From positions 1 to 28,538 of the forward strand of contig NW_021833527.1 of the NCBI RefSeq assembly GCF_006345805.1: 28,538 nucleotides of DNA, read 5' to 3'. This DNA comes from Octopus sinensis (taxonomy: Eukaryota). Of this stretch, positions 11,711-22,079 are shown one piece after another; position 1 is the first letter of the stretch; every line of letters starts with the position of its first letter. The notes under the pieces are model-generated. The model saw nothing but the letters and a program-made list of their open reading frames with translations. It did no database searches and had not been told where the DNA came from. The translations under genes were made by a program, and so were the position numbers.

Positions 11711-12017
11711 ATAAATATTAGGGAATGAATCCAAACTTACAGGGAAAAATCAGATTTAGTATTGAATCCAATTTTATAGTAAAATATTATATTATATTAA
11801 ATTAAGTCTTTCATTGTTTGATTTGCCTAATAGTGGTTTTGTCTCTAATTTAATATAATATATATATATATATATGTTTCCGTCTACCAAATCCACTCAC
11901 AAGGCTTTGGTCGGCCCGAGGCTATAGTAGAAGACACTTGCCCAAGATGCCACACAGTGGGACTGAACCCGGAACCATGTGGTTGGAAAGCATGCAACTT
12001 ACCACACAGCCACTCCT
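11452..12017 (-). mobile_element. Bipartite SINE family B (tRNA/CORE-like left monomer, microsatellite spacer, right monomer) inserted in the PLE
   Basis: Reverse complement of the 14303-14716 copy. Its (CA)/(TA) spacer holds an extra AT-rich module at 11712-11864. Confidence 0.9.
11712..11864. repeat. AT-rich interspersed module embedded in (TA)n
   Basis: Flanked by (TA)n on both sides. 11809-11864 matches 22161-22216 at 53/56 nt. Confidence 0.55.
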
Positions 12018-13619
12018 TTTTTTAATTTTTCACTGTTTTATGACTGGAAAATTTGTTTTGAAGATGTTAAAAATGTTTTGGTGATGCGGATTGTGTTACT
12101 AGAAATGGTATTGTGTTCCTTTGATGGATTCGTCTTTCTCGTGTTGCCCTAAGTTGTACTATCGGTATCTCTTTTGCTCGTTGTATGTTATTTTCTATAA
12201 GTAGGAGAGGGTATTTTTGCTTGAGTAGAAATCCTTTACGTTCTATAAGTCGTGTGTTCCTGGCATTTGTATCATCTGCTATAGTAAATATTTTCCTGGC
12301 TAGACAGTACAGGATGTTGCATTTTGTGTGTGTTGTGTGACATGATTTGAAATTTAGGTACTGGTGTGTATCTGTGCTTTTGTAATAAATATCAGTTGTG
12401 ATTGTGGTGTTGTTTTTAATTACCATTATGTCAAGAAATGGTAACTGTGCGTTGTTCCTTTCTCTTGTGAATGGAAACAAGGGTATAGATTGTTAAGGAA
12501 GGTGCTGAATTCTTCCAGATTTTCTAGGGGTTTGGTCCAAATTAGGAAACAATCATCAAGGTATCCTTTCTATGTGTCTTCTATATGTCTTCTAAAGGTC
12601 ATGCCGTAGTTTTCTTCAATTTTTTTACATAGGTATCCCAATACTGAGTTCACGACAACTGAGAAAATCGCTTCCCTTTAGCGGTGCCTCGAATTTGGAG
12701 GTAGATTTTTCTGTTGTAAAGGAATGTATTATTTTCGAGGATGAGGCTGACTGCGTCTAATATGAAGGTTACTGTAAATTTAATAGGGATCACTTCTCTA
12801 TGTTTCCCGACCTAATATTTTATGGCAGTAATTCCCAAATCATGTGAATTGTTCGTATGTAAGTTTGTTATATCAAAACTAACTAGCAGTGAATTGGGTT
12901 TGGATATGCGTTGCTAATTCGCAATTTTACAACCTACTGCCAGAAATATATACGTCACTAAAGTGATAGAGGGCACTAATCAGCACCAGTATTGCTAGAA
13001 ATAAGAGTCAAAACAACAGAAGCCCTATCTTAATGAGTGATAAGGGAGGTAAGCTCCCCCCGGCAACAGATATAGCCGGATCATCGATAATTTCACACTT
13101 TGATGCTCAGGCATCGTAATGCTCGTCGGTAGCTATGGTTAAACTCATCTCGCTTTGTCAGTTTATATGATTTCTATTGAAATCTAACGCTGATTTCATG
13201 AACAGTAAAAGTGAAAATTACATGGGTGTTTAGTGTCTTTTGTCACTTTATTGACGTATATATTTCTGCCTTTAGGTTGTAATATTGCGAATTAGCCACC
13301 CATAGCTGAGAAAATAAAAGAGATGTGGATTAAAGCTTTTACAAAAGAAGAAAGTAAGTCAATATATTTATGGCAAAAGAAACAATTATTAAACATGCTG
13401 CAAAGTACGGAAATGACACTTCAGTACCAAGTAAAAGAAATATAAGGAAGTAACCTAACAAACACCACATACACGAAAACACGTGGGAGCAAAAACAGTC
13501 AACCAACCTTAAGGAACTACTGTAAGTACACGTTACCATTTAAAAATAGAAAGAAACATACCAACACATGTAACATACAATATATATCTGTGTGTATGTG
13601 TGTGTATGCGTGCGCGTAC

Positions 13620-13652
<33 letters not shown>

Positions 13653-13676
13653 TGTGAGTGTGTGTGTGTACATTAA

Positions 13677-14164
13677 GGTGGAGTAAAAATTTTTAAAATT
13701 GTAGAAATTGAAAATACCCGAGGTCTAAAATGTTGCTTTATTTGATTACAAGAATAATACGGAATTTTCGCTGATATCAGTTAAGAGTATTTACTCCCTC
13801 AAGTCTCCTAAACCCCGAAAATGGAGGACTTTAGTAAATGTGTTACAATAGCAGAGTTTGGCGGGTTTGAGGGAGTAAATATCCTTGAGGCCTAAAATCT
13901 TGCCGTTTATTATTACTACAAAAATACTAAATTTTCGCTTAGATCATTCAAGAGCATTTACTCCCTCAAACCCTCAAACTCCGCTATTGTAAAGAATTTA
14001 CAAAATTCCTCCCATTTTCGGAGTTCAATGGGCTTGAGGGAATACATGCTCTTGATTAAAATCAGCGAAAATTTCGCATTTTTTTTTTCTAATAATTAAA
14101 TATGGCAACATTTTAGACCTCAAGCATTTTCAATATTTACAATTTTTTTTATTTTCACTCCACC
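13677..14164. mobile_element. Foldback MITE with ~210-bp TIRs, possibly Kolobok-type
   Basis: Arms 13677-13888 and 13948-14164 are inverted repeats (first 60 nt match at 50/60). Termini GGTGGAGT...ACTCCACC flanked by TTAA (13673-13676) and CTAA (14165-14168). Confidence 0.85.
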
Positions 14165-14233
14165 CTAATATACAAATACATAGATACATACATACATACA
14201 TTTATCCGTGTTAATTGTTAACAAGTTAAAATA

Positions 14234-14243
14234 CACTCATCTA

Positions 14244-14302
<59 letters not shown>
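14234..14302. repeat. (TA)n microsatellite
   Basis: Direct reading. Confidence 0.97.
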
Positions 14303-14305
<3 letters not shown>

Positions 14306-14715
14306 CGCAGGAGTGGATGTGTGTGAAGTAGCTTGTTTACCAACCACATGGTTCCGGGTTCAGTCCCACTGCGTGGCACCTTGGGCAAGTGTCTTCTACT
14401 ATAGCCTCGGGCCGACCAAAGCCTTGTGAGTGGATTTGGTAGATGGAAACTGAAAGAAGCCCGTCGTATATATGTATATATATATATATGCGTGTGTGTG
14501 TTTGTGTGTCTGTGTTTGTCCCCCTAGCATTGCTTGAAAACCATTGCTGGTGTGTTTATGTCCCCGTTACTTAGCGGTTCGGCAAAAGAGACCGATAGAA
14601 TAAGTACTGGGCTTACAAAAGAATAAGTCCCGGGGTCGAGTTGCTCGATTAAAAAAAAGGTGGTGCTACAGCATGGCCGCAGTCAAATGACTGAAACAAG
14701 TAAAAGAGTAAAGAG

Positions 14716-14716
<1 letters not shown>
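14303..14716 (+). mobile_element. Bipartite SINE family B, full length
   Basis: tRNA-like head AGGCGCAGGAGTGG...GGTTCAGTCCC, CORE-like CACCTTGGGCAAGT, (TA)/(TG) spacer, right monomer, and short tandem tail (TAAAAGAG)2. At least six related copies occur in the window. Confidence 0.92.
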
Positions 14717-14746
<30 letters not shown>

Positions 14747-14957
14747 GTGGAAAGAAACCCGGGGAGAACGTAACAGCAGGTGGTCCTCAGAGGAGAACCC
14801 CCCTTTAGGCAAGTGTTTCAGTCCCTACCTTCTGACACTCTAGTGGAGCGGGCTACATCCGAGTCATGACTCCCAGATGTCCACCTGTTGTCCGTTTTAG
14901 TACGCTTAGGTGGGACTAGTTGGTATATATATATATACACACACACACACATACATA

Positions 14958-15240
<283 letters not shown>

Positions 15241-15546
15241 TCTTTACTCTTTACTTGTTTCAGTCATTTGAATGTGGCCATGCAGGACCACCGCCTTTAG
15301 TCGAGCACATCGACCCCAGGACTTATTCCTTGTAAGCCTAATACTTATTTTATCAGAATCTTTTGCCGAACCGCTAAGTTACGTGGACGTAACACACCAG
15401 CACCGGTTGTCAAGCGATATTGGGAGGACAAACACAAACACACAAACGTATACACACACACATACATACATACATACATACATACATACATACATACATA
15501 CATACATACATACATACACACACACATACATACATACATACATACA

Positions 15547-15582
<36 letters not shown>

Positions 15583-15861
15583 TATATGAATTTTTCTTAA
15601 AGTAGTGGAAATAGCTAAAAAACCTTTTGGCTGCTATTTCTAAAAACTTCAGTATGTGGCAAAGTAATTTATTTTAATAAGCCCTAATTATATATATATA
15701 TATATATATACGACGGGCTTCTTTCAGTTTCCGTCTACCAAATCCACTCACAAATCTTTGGTCGGTCCGAGGCTATAGTAGAAGAGACTTGCCCAAGGTG
15801 CCACGTAGTGGGACTGAACCCGGAACCATGCAGTTGGTAAGCACAGAGCCACTCCTATGCC

Positions 15862-15862
<1 letters not shown>
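15241..15862 (-). mobile_element. Bipartite SINE family B with expanded (TACA)n spacer and a ~100-bp insert
   Basis: Both monomers match the 14303 copy. Spacer has (TACA)n at about 15460-15575 and non-SINE sequence at 15586-15688 bounded by (TA)n. Confidence 0.9.
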
Positions 15863-15899
<37 letters not shown>

Positions 15900-15902
15900 T
15901 GC

Positions 15903-16725
15903 ATTTGTTTCAGTCATATAATTGCAGCCATGCTGGGGCACTGCTTTGGAGAATTTTAAGTCGAATAATCGGCACCAGTACTTAAATTTTTTATCTAAAC
16001 CTCGTACTTATTCTATCGTACTTATTCTATAAGTTATGGGGACGTAAACAGACTAACACCGGTTGGCAAGTAGTGATAGGGAACAAACCTAAATACAAAA
16101 ACACACACACATACACACACACGAGAACACACACATATGTGTACGATGAGCTTATTCCAGTTTCCGCCAACCGAATAAACTCACAAGGATTTGGTCGGCA
16201 CGAGGCTGTAGTAGAAGATGCTTACTCAAGGTGCTATGCTGTGGGACTGCAGCCAAAACCATGTTGTTAGAAAGCAAGCTTCTTATTTCTTTATTGCCCA
16301 CAAAGGGCTAAACATAGAGGGGACAAACAAGAACAGGCAAACGGATTAAATCGATTAGATTGACCCCAGTACGTAACTGGTACTTAATTTATCGACCCCG
16401 AAAGGATGAAAGGCAAAGTCGACCCCGGCAGAATTTGAACTCAGAACGTAACGGCAGACAAAATACCTATTTCTTTACTACCCACAAGGGGCTAAACACA
16501 GGGGCGACAAACAAGGAAAGACAAACAGATTAAGTCGATTATATCGACCCCAGTGCGTAACTAGTACTTATTTAATCGGCCCCGAAAGGATGAAAAGCAA
16601 AGTCGACCTAGCGGAATTTGAACTCTGGACGTAGCGGTAGACGAAATACCACAAAGTATTTCGCCCGGCGTGCTAACGCTTCTGCCAGCTCGCCGCCTTC
16701 TTACCACATACCAATGCCCGCACCT
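15903..16725 (-). mobile_element. Older, diverged SINE family B copy, split by a family A dimer
   Basis: Recognisable right monomer (15903-16080) and left monomer (16145-16285). The head resumes after the insertion at 16701 (TTACCACATACC). Confidence 0.75.
16286..16696 (-). mobile_element. SINE family A head-to-tail dimer, second instance
   Basis: Same architecture and junction as 8682-9106. CTTCTTA is duplicated at 16279-16285 and 16697-16703. Confidence 0.9.
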
Positions 16726-17227
16726 ATGTGTGTGTGTGGATAGGGGTGTTAAACATTGTGGTATAAGCTCATAAAGCTCTGATAAGATTCTGCCCCATAT
16801 AGTTGAAAATGATGACTAATTCTTGGCATATGAGCCTTCCCAAACGCTTAGAATTACTAATCACCAAGGGTCATGAACCGAAACATACATGTAGGTATTT
16901 GGCATCTGCCATTTCTTTTAGAGCTTTATAAATTATAATATATTTGTATTGTATTTATTAAAAAAAACTTTCAACCTTATTATATCATACGAATAAATTA
17001 TTCATACATCCATAATTCTCCATTTTCGTTTTTCATCATTATGAACAATATGTATTACTATAATAATTACTATAATAATTACGATAATCGTTGACTCTGT
17101 TATCGGAGCAGCATTCTTTTTCCTTGTTTCTTTGTGCGCATGTGTGTGTGTCAGTATGCCTGTGTATACACATATGTATGTATGTGTATGTATGTATGCG
17201 TGTATGTGTCTATATATATAGAGAGAG

Positions 17228-17229
17228 AT

Positions 17230-17274
<45 letters not shown>

Positions 17275-17282
17275 CAGATAGA

Positions 17283-17342
<60 letters not shown>

Positions 17343-17367
17343 TAGACAGATAGACAGACAGACAGAC

Positions 17368-17452
<85 letters not shown>
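17228..17452. repeat. (GATA)n/(GACA)n tract abutting the 3' end of Tx1 copy 2
   Basis: Direct reading. Confidence 0.97.
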
Positions 17453-17453
<1 letters not shown>

Positions 17454-20400
17454 GTTTCTTTATTGGCCACACAGGGCTGCACACAGATGGGACAAGTTAC
17501 AAGGTAGAGCTTTTCTTTTGGGGGATGAAAAAAACAAAAAACAAAAGAAACAAAAAAAGGGGTGGAGTAGGTTTTCGATCAAGAGGGATCGTAAAAGGGA
17601 AGAAAAGAACAAAAAAAAATAAAATAAATAAAAAATAAAAAAAGAAAAAGAAAAAGAAAAAAGAAAAGGAAAAGGAACAAAAGAAAAGAGAAATGAAAAA
17701 AGAAGAAAAAGGGAAAAAAAGGGGAAGAGAAAAAAAAAAAAAGGAACGATCAATAGGGATCGTGTATCACAGTGTTATGATATATGGTGTAAAGGGGAAA
17801 GCAAGTAAAGTTTATCCGTGGGAAGAAAAGCCTACGAAAAAGACCACGGTAACCTTGGTCAATATTGTTATATGTTACCACATTTGTTTGCAAGTGGGTA
17901 ACCCTCTGTTTTCAATTTCTGGGTTCATAGGATTATGCTCAAGGTGGCTTCGTCATTCATACGTGCCATCCTTGCTACATTCACCCATCTTTTTTTAAAA
18001 CATTCGCTAGACAAAACTTGCCTCTCTACTCTCACTTTCCTTTTCAAGTGGTACTTGAAGAAGTTGATGAGAGATTGGCCAGAGAGGAAAGTGTTTGTCT
18101 CCAATCCTTTCAGACGCGTCCACCAGATACATTCTTTCGCCATAGCCACAAGGATGATGAAAATAGCTCTTCCTTCCCGTTTGAAGGAAGGAGGCGTGAC
18201 AATATTGACGATAGACTCAGCTGATAAACCGACTCGTCCCACACGTGACAGCAGTTGTTCGACACAAGCCCACAGGTCGGAAATTGCTGGACACTGCACG
18301 ATTGCGTGCAGAACGGTTTCGTCGCTCTGACCGCATCTCGGGCAGGTCGGCCCCGTGTTTCTCGAGCCGTGTCTGTAGAGCTTATCCCGAACGGGTAGCG
18401 CTTCTCGGTAACACTGCCAGGCCAGGGATCTCTGGAAGTTGTCCATGGATCTGGCCCGAAAGTCGTCCTGAACAGGCGGGTCAGGTACTCCTCGTCGACG
18501 TCCAGGTTCGCCCCGAGCTCGTCGTCGTACCTCCCTCCCTAATCCCCTATAGAATGCTTTGGTTGTGTTGAAGTCACTCAAGGTCGACCCAGGACGGCAG
18601 AGTTGCTTGAGAGCAACGTGACACTCGCGGTGCCATTCGCCCTTCCTCGGCCTCTTTTGATCCACGACTGCAGTTCGGTCATGGAGACGAGCTGCGGGAA
18701 AGCGTGCCTCACAAACGGCGACCACACCTGTTCACCGTCGTCTACATAGAGCCAGAGATGTCGCAGTCTCAGCGCGTGTCTGCGCATATCAACCACGGCA
18801 TGCCCAGCCCTCCTTTTAACGGGTGTTGACAGCAAATGGATCGCCTGACCATCGGGACGCATCCTTTCCACAAGAAGCGAAAGAGAATGCGTTGTAGTTT
18901 GGTGATGGTAGGGTCGGGACAAGGTACGACGGTCAGGCGGTAGTAGATGACGGACGCGATGTACGTGTTCGCCACCTCCGCCCGACCTTTTAGGGACAGT
19001 TTCCTCTCGGCCCATTGCCGGGCGAGAGTGACCACCCTACTCGTTATCTCGTTCCAGTTCTTCTCCACTTGGAGGTCCGGACCAAACCAGACCCCGAGCA
19101 ACTCAACCGGGCCGTCGGTCCAGCGTCCCACGACGGAGGCGCTGGTGGACGGCATGGGCTTGCTTCTCCAGGTGCCTAGTCGCAAGCCCACTGACTTTTC
19201 CCGGTTGATTTTCGCTCCTGTCACCGCTTCGTAGTTTTTCAGTGTCTCGCCGACCTGCTCGATGTGCTCGTGGCTAGACACTATGACGGTGACGTCGTCC
19301 GCGTATGCAGACACGCTCGTCCCGCATCCCAGTTCTCGCGGGATGTCCCTTAAAGTTGCCAGCTTCCGCAATAATGGCTCGAGAGTCAATACGTATAGAA
19401 GCGACGAGAGGGGGCATCCCTGACGGACCGAACGTGCGATGTCGAAGGGTCTCGATAGATGTCCATTCACGCGAATTAACCGAACGGATGCCTCTGTACA
19501 AAGCGGCTATCCAGCCGCGGAAGACGGGACCGAAGCCAGCCGCTCTGAGGACCGCCTCCAAGTATCGATGGTCTACACCCTATCGAAAGCTTTCGATTGA
19601 TCCAAATTGATCAGCGCCCCACCCATGCCAGGTTCGCTAACTACCCGTCTATGATGTAGCGCATCAGGTGTAGGTTGTCATGGATGGTCCGGCCTGGCAC
19701 GGCGCATGTTTGCGCCTTGTCGACCAATTTCTCGATGACAAGCGCCAACCTCTTGGCTAGCACCTTGGCCAAAATTTTCAAGTCTGCATTAAGCAGAGTG
19801 ATGGGCCTAAAGTTATCTATTACATTTCCCCTGTTTAGATCTTTCTTCAGCAGTGTTACGGCTCCTCGGCTCACAAAACCAGGAATGCTCCCGTTTTGCT
19901 GCCAGTTGCAGTACACCGCCGCCAAGAGAATTCCAAACAAGTCTGGCATACAATTGTAAAGCTCGTAGGGTAGACCATCCAAACCCGGTGATTTGTCCCT
20001 CGAGCATTCTGCCATCGCGTCCTGCACTTCTGCCGCCGTGATGGCACCTTCGCAGCACCCTGCCTTTCTTGTCGAGAGTCGTGGTAGGTTATGTAGGTAG
20101 GCACTGAAGTCCACCCTACGTTCTTGCCCTCCACTTGTCCCGAACAGTCGGGCAAAATGCTGCTGAAAGGCCTCACAAATTTTACTTGGCTCGAGCAATT
20201 CGCGCCCCTGTTCATCTACCAGGGACCGAATGGTGGCTTTGTTGCCCTGTTGCGCCTCTGCCACCCGGGCCTCTCTCGCGGCTCCAACACCTTCGTTCCT
20301 TAGAGCACGCATCCTAGCTCTGACAGCACATCCTTCGTGTTTGGCGTTGAAGTGTTGGTCGAGGGCCAACCTCGCCGCCAAAACGTCGGATGCGATGCCG

Positions 20401-20598
20401 CTTCTAATTGCCTCTTCTAGCTTCTTAACTAGCTCACCCTCTACTCTATTTCTATCTATGGCTAGTGCTTTGCTGTACCTAATCGCTCCTGCTTTTACTG
20501 CTCTCTTGAGGGCAAACCACCATTTGTTGTTGATGATGGCTCCCGTCAAAGCCCTCTTTACTAGTGTGCTAATCCGGTCTCTGAAAACCTGTCTCGAT
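17453..20598 (-). mobile_element. Tx1/L1-clade non-LTR retrotransposon, copy 2 (about 3.1 kb, 5'-truncated just downstream of the expected APE domain)
   Basis: Complete RT motif series plus a CCHC knuckle, a 3' UTR, and an end AATAAAGAAACT-(TATC)n. (GATA)n lies on both flanks. Confidence 0.95.
17925..20598 (-). pseudogene. Frameshifted ORF2 (reverse transcriptase plus zinc knuckle) of Tx1 copy 2
   Basis: NFRPITLLNADLKILAKVLAKRL, QTCAVPGRTIHDNLHLMR, LINLDQSKAFDRV, RSVRQGCPLSSLLY, SAYADDVTV, YEAVTGAKINREKS, VELLGVWF and CPRCGQSDETVLHAIVQC are spread over several reading frames (ORFs 19641-20738, 19274-19561, 18769-19470, 17925-18725). Confidence 0.9.
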
Positions 20599-20623
20599 GA
20601 GATAGATAGATAGATAGATAGAT

Positions 20624-20681
<58 letters not shown>
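20599..20681. repeat. (GATA)n tract abutting the 5' truncation point of Tx1 copy 2
   Basis: Direct reading. Confidence 0.97.
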
Positions 20682-20915
20682 GCGTGTGTGTACGTTTGTA
20701 TGTATGTATTCTGTATATTCATGTGTTTGTGAGTTCATGTTTGTATGCTTGTGTGTGTATTTGTGCGCGTATCTCTTTGTGCATGTTTGAGTGTGTCTAT
20801 GTATATGGGTTTTGTTACTATGTACGTCTGTCTGTTATGTATATGTGCGTACCTTTGTGTGTCGTTGTGTGTATGCGTATAGGAAGTGTGTGAAGTGTTT
20901 AATATATATATAATA

Positions 20916-20946
<31 letters not shown>

Positions 20947-21019
20947 CATCTACATAACAGCCTACTAACAAATCTACCTGTGTATGAATAAACTGTGGAT
21001 ATTGGAGTATCACTACCTT

Positions 21020-21435
21020 CTACGTATATCTATGTAGTACTGGGGATGTTCCATTTATGAGGACGTACTCCTGTATTTGTCTGAGTGTTGGATTCTCCGG
21101 GCGCTTGGATAAAATGCGGATGTCAAGTCGACTCAGTGTACCCCCACGTTGGTCTTTGGCAAGTTGGAAGAGTATTGAGGACTGTTTTTTGTCGGCATAT
21201 TGTCTTAAATATTTATTTATCTCTCCGCAATACCTCTAGATGTCTCACCATTGTATGTCATTTTCTTGTCTTTACAAGCACTCTCTAGATACCTTATTCT
21301 GTAGACTACATTTCTGGTCCTACAGTTAATGCCAGGTTTAATATTACATACTATGCAGTTCTCATTGATGCATGTGATATTCTCAAACGGGTACGTCCTA
21401 CATAATTGTAACCTGGAGGAGCTCCCTGGCTCCGT
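21020..21435 (-). mobile_element. Isolated GIY-YIG endonuclease fragment of a second PLE family
   Basis: CINENCIVCNIKPGINCRTRNVVYRIRYLESACKDKKMTYNGETSRGIAER then, after a frameshift, LRQYADKKQSSILFQLAKDQRGG...IRILSKRPENPTLRQIQEYVLINGTSPVLH*. This gives a Cys-rich linker, VVY...YNGET motifs and the R...E catalytic C-terminus. Confidence 0.75.
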
Positions 21436-21593
21436 CAGAGAGACAGACAGACAGACAGAAGGAAAAGCATATACACGGTATGCAATTAAAGTAGGAAAAT
21501 ATACATAGTATACCACACTAAGAAAAATAATAATAAATGTGTGTGTATGTGTGTGTACATACACACATTTATACATACATACATAAATATACA

Positions 21594-21594
<1 letters not shown>

Positions 21595-21636
<42 letters not shown>

Positions 21637-21737
21637 TTCTATATACATATAGATATGTATATATATGTATATATTGTATATATACATATATATATATATA
21701 TATTATATATATATATATATAATATATATTATATATA

Positions 21738-21785
<48 letters not shown>
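21595..21785. repeat. Degenerate (TA)n tract
   Basis: Direct reading. Confidence 0.95.
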
Positions 21786-21788
<3 letters not shown>

Positions 21789-21946
21789 TAAAAACGGTAA
21801 GGTAACAAAAGAAAGAAAGAGACCTCAATATTATGTAAATTGAGGAATCTATCTGTAAAATAATATGTGACAATTATTCATTAGCCAAGATAAAACTCTG
21901 AGTTCGGATGCCGAGGTGGAAATCCACACCACCATCTCTTCGGTAA
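21786..21946 (-). mobile_element. (TA)n-embedded module carrying a degenerate hammerhead-like motif, probably PLE-derived
   Basis: Minus strand 21943-21889: CCGAAGA-GATG-[GTGGA/TCCAC hairpin]-CATC-CGAACTC-A-GAGTT-TTATC. Bounded by (TA)n on both sides. Confidence 0.45.
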
Positions 21947-21970
21947 TATAATATATATATATATATATAT

Positions 21971-22079
21971 ATACTTACCTGGCACAGGGGTAAACCATGA
22001 TCATCAAGGTGGTTCTCCCAGAGTGAGGCCCTTCCATTGCACTCCGGTTGGGTTGACCTTTGCGATCGCCCCAAATGTG
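21971..22079 (+). pseudogene. U1: U1 snRNA 5' fragment (109 nt; 3'-truncated, lacks Sm site and stem-loop IV)
   Basis: ATACTTACCTGG 5' end, stem-loop I (loop GATCATCAAG vs canonical GATCACGAAG), stem-loop II loop ATTGCACT, then ...GCGAT..CCCCAAATGTG as in metazoan U1. Similarity stops at 22079. The upstream sequence is only (TA)n, with no room for a PSE. Confidence 0.92.

Larger units (their letters stand above)
10990..12910 (-). mobile_element. Penelope-like element (RT plus GIY-YIG endonuclease), degenerate, interrupted by a SINE
   Basis: Manual translation: LLVSFDITNL (about 12870), YLQIRGTAKG (about 12690), YLDDCFLIW (about 12555), LPFLDIMV...TDIYYKSTDTHQYL (ORF 12067-12480), SKRQLHNLKKLLTKAKF (about 11390), YIGETG...ERSRVQRQQIR (about 11200), RKIKEKRFIEMFK (about 11020). 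Confidence 0.85.

Noticed and set aside
15272-15605. ORFs with YIHT/MYVC repeats (also 10135-10573, 21537-21843, 26597-26860, 27654-28195)
   Set aside because: They are read-throughs of (TACA)n, (TA)n and (TG)n tracts or of SINE sequence.
16860-16895. GG-TCATGAA-CC-GAAAC-AT..AT-GTA as a hammerhead half
   Set aside because: No CUGANGA-like core upstream.
19641-20738. 365-aa ORF with an ATG at 20738 as an intact RT gene
   Set aside because: Its N-terminal ~47 codons derive from flanking microsatellite. The element is 5'-truncated and the RT is frameshifted downstream.
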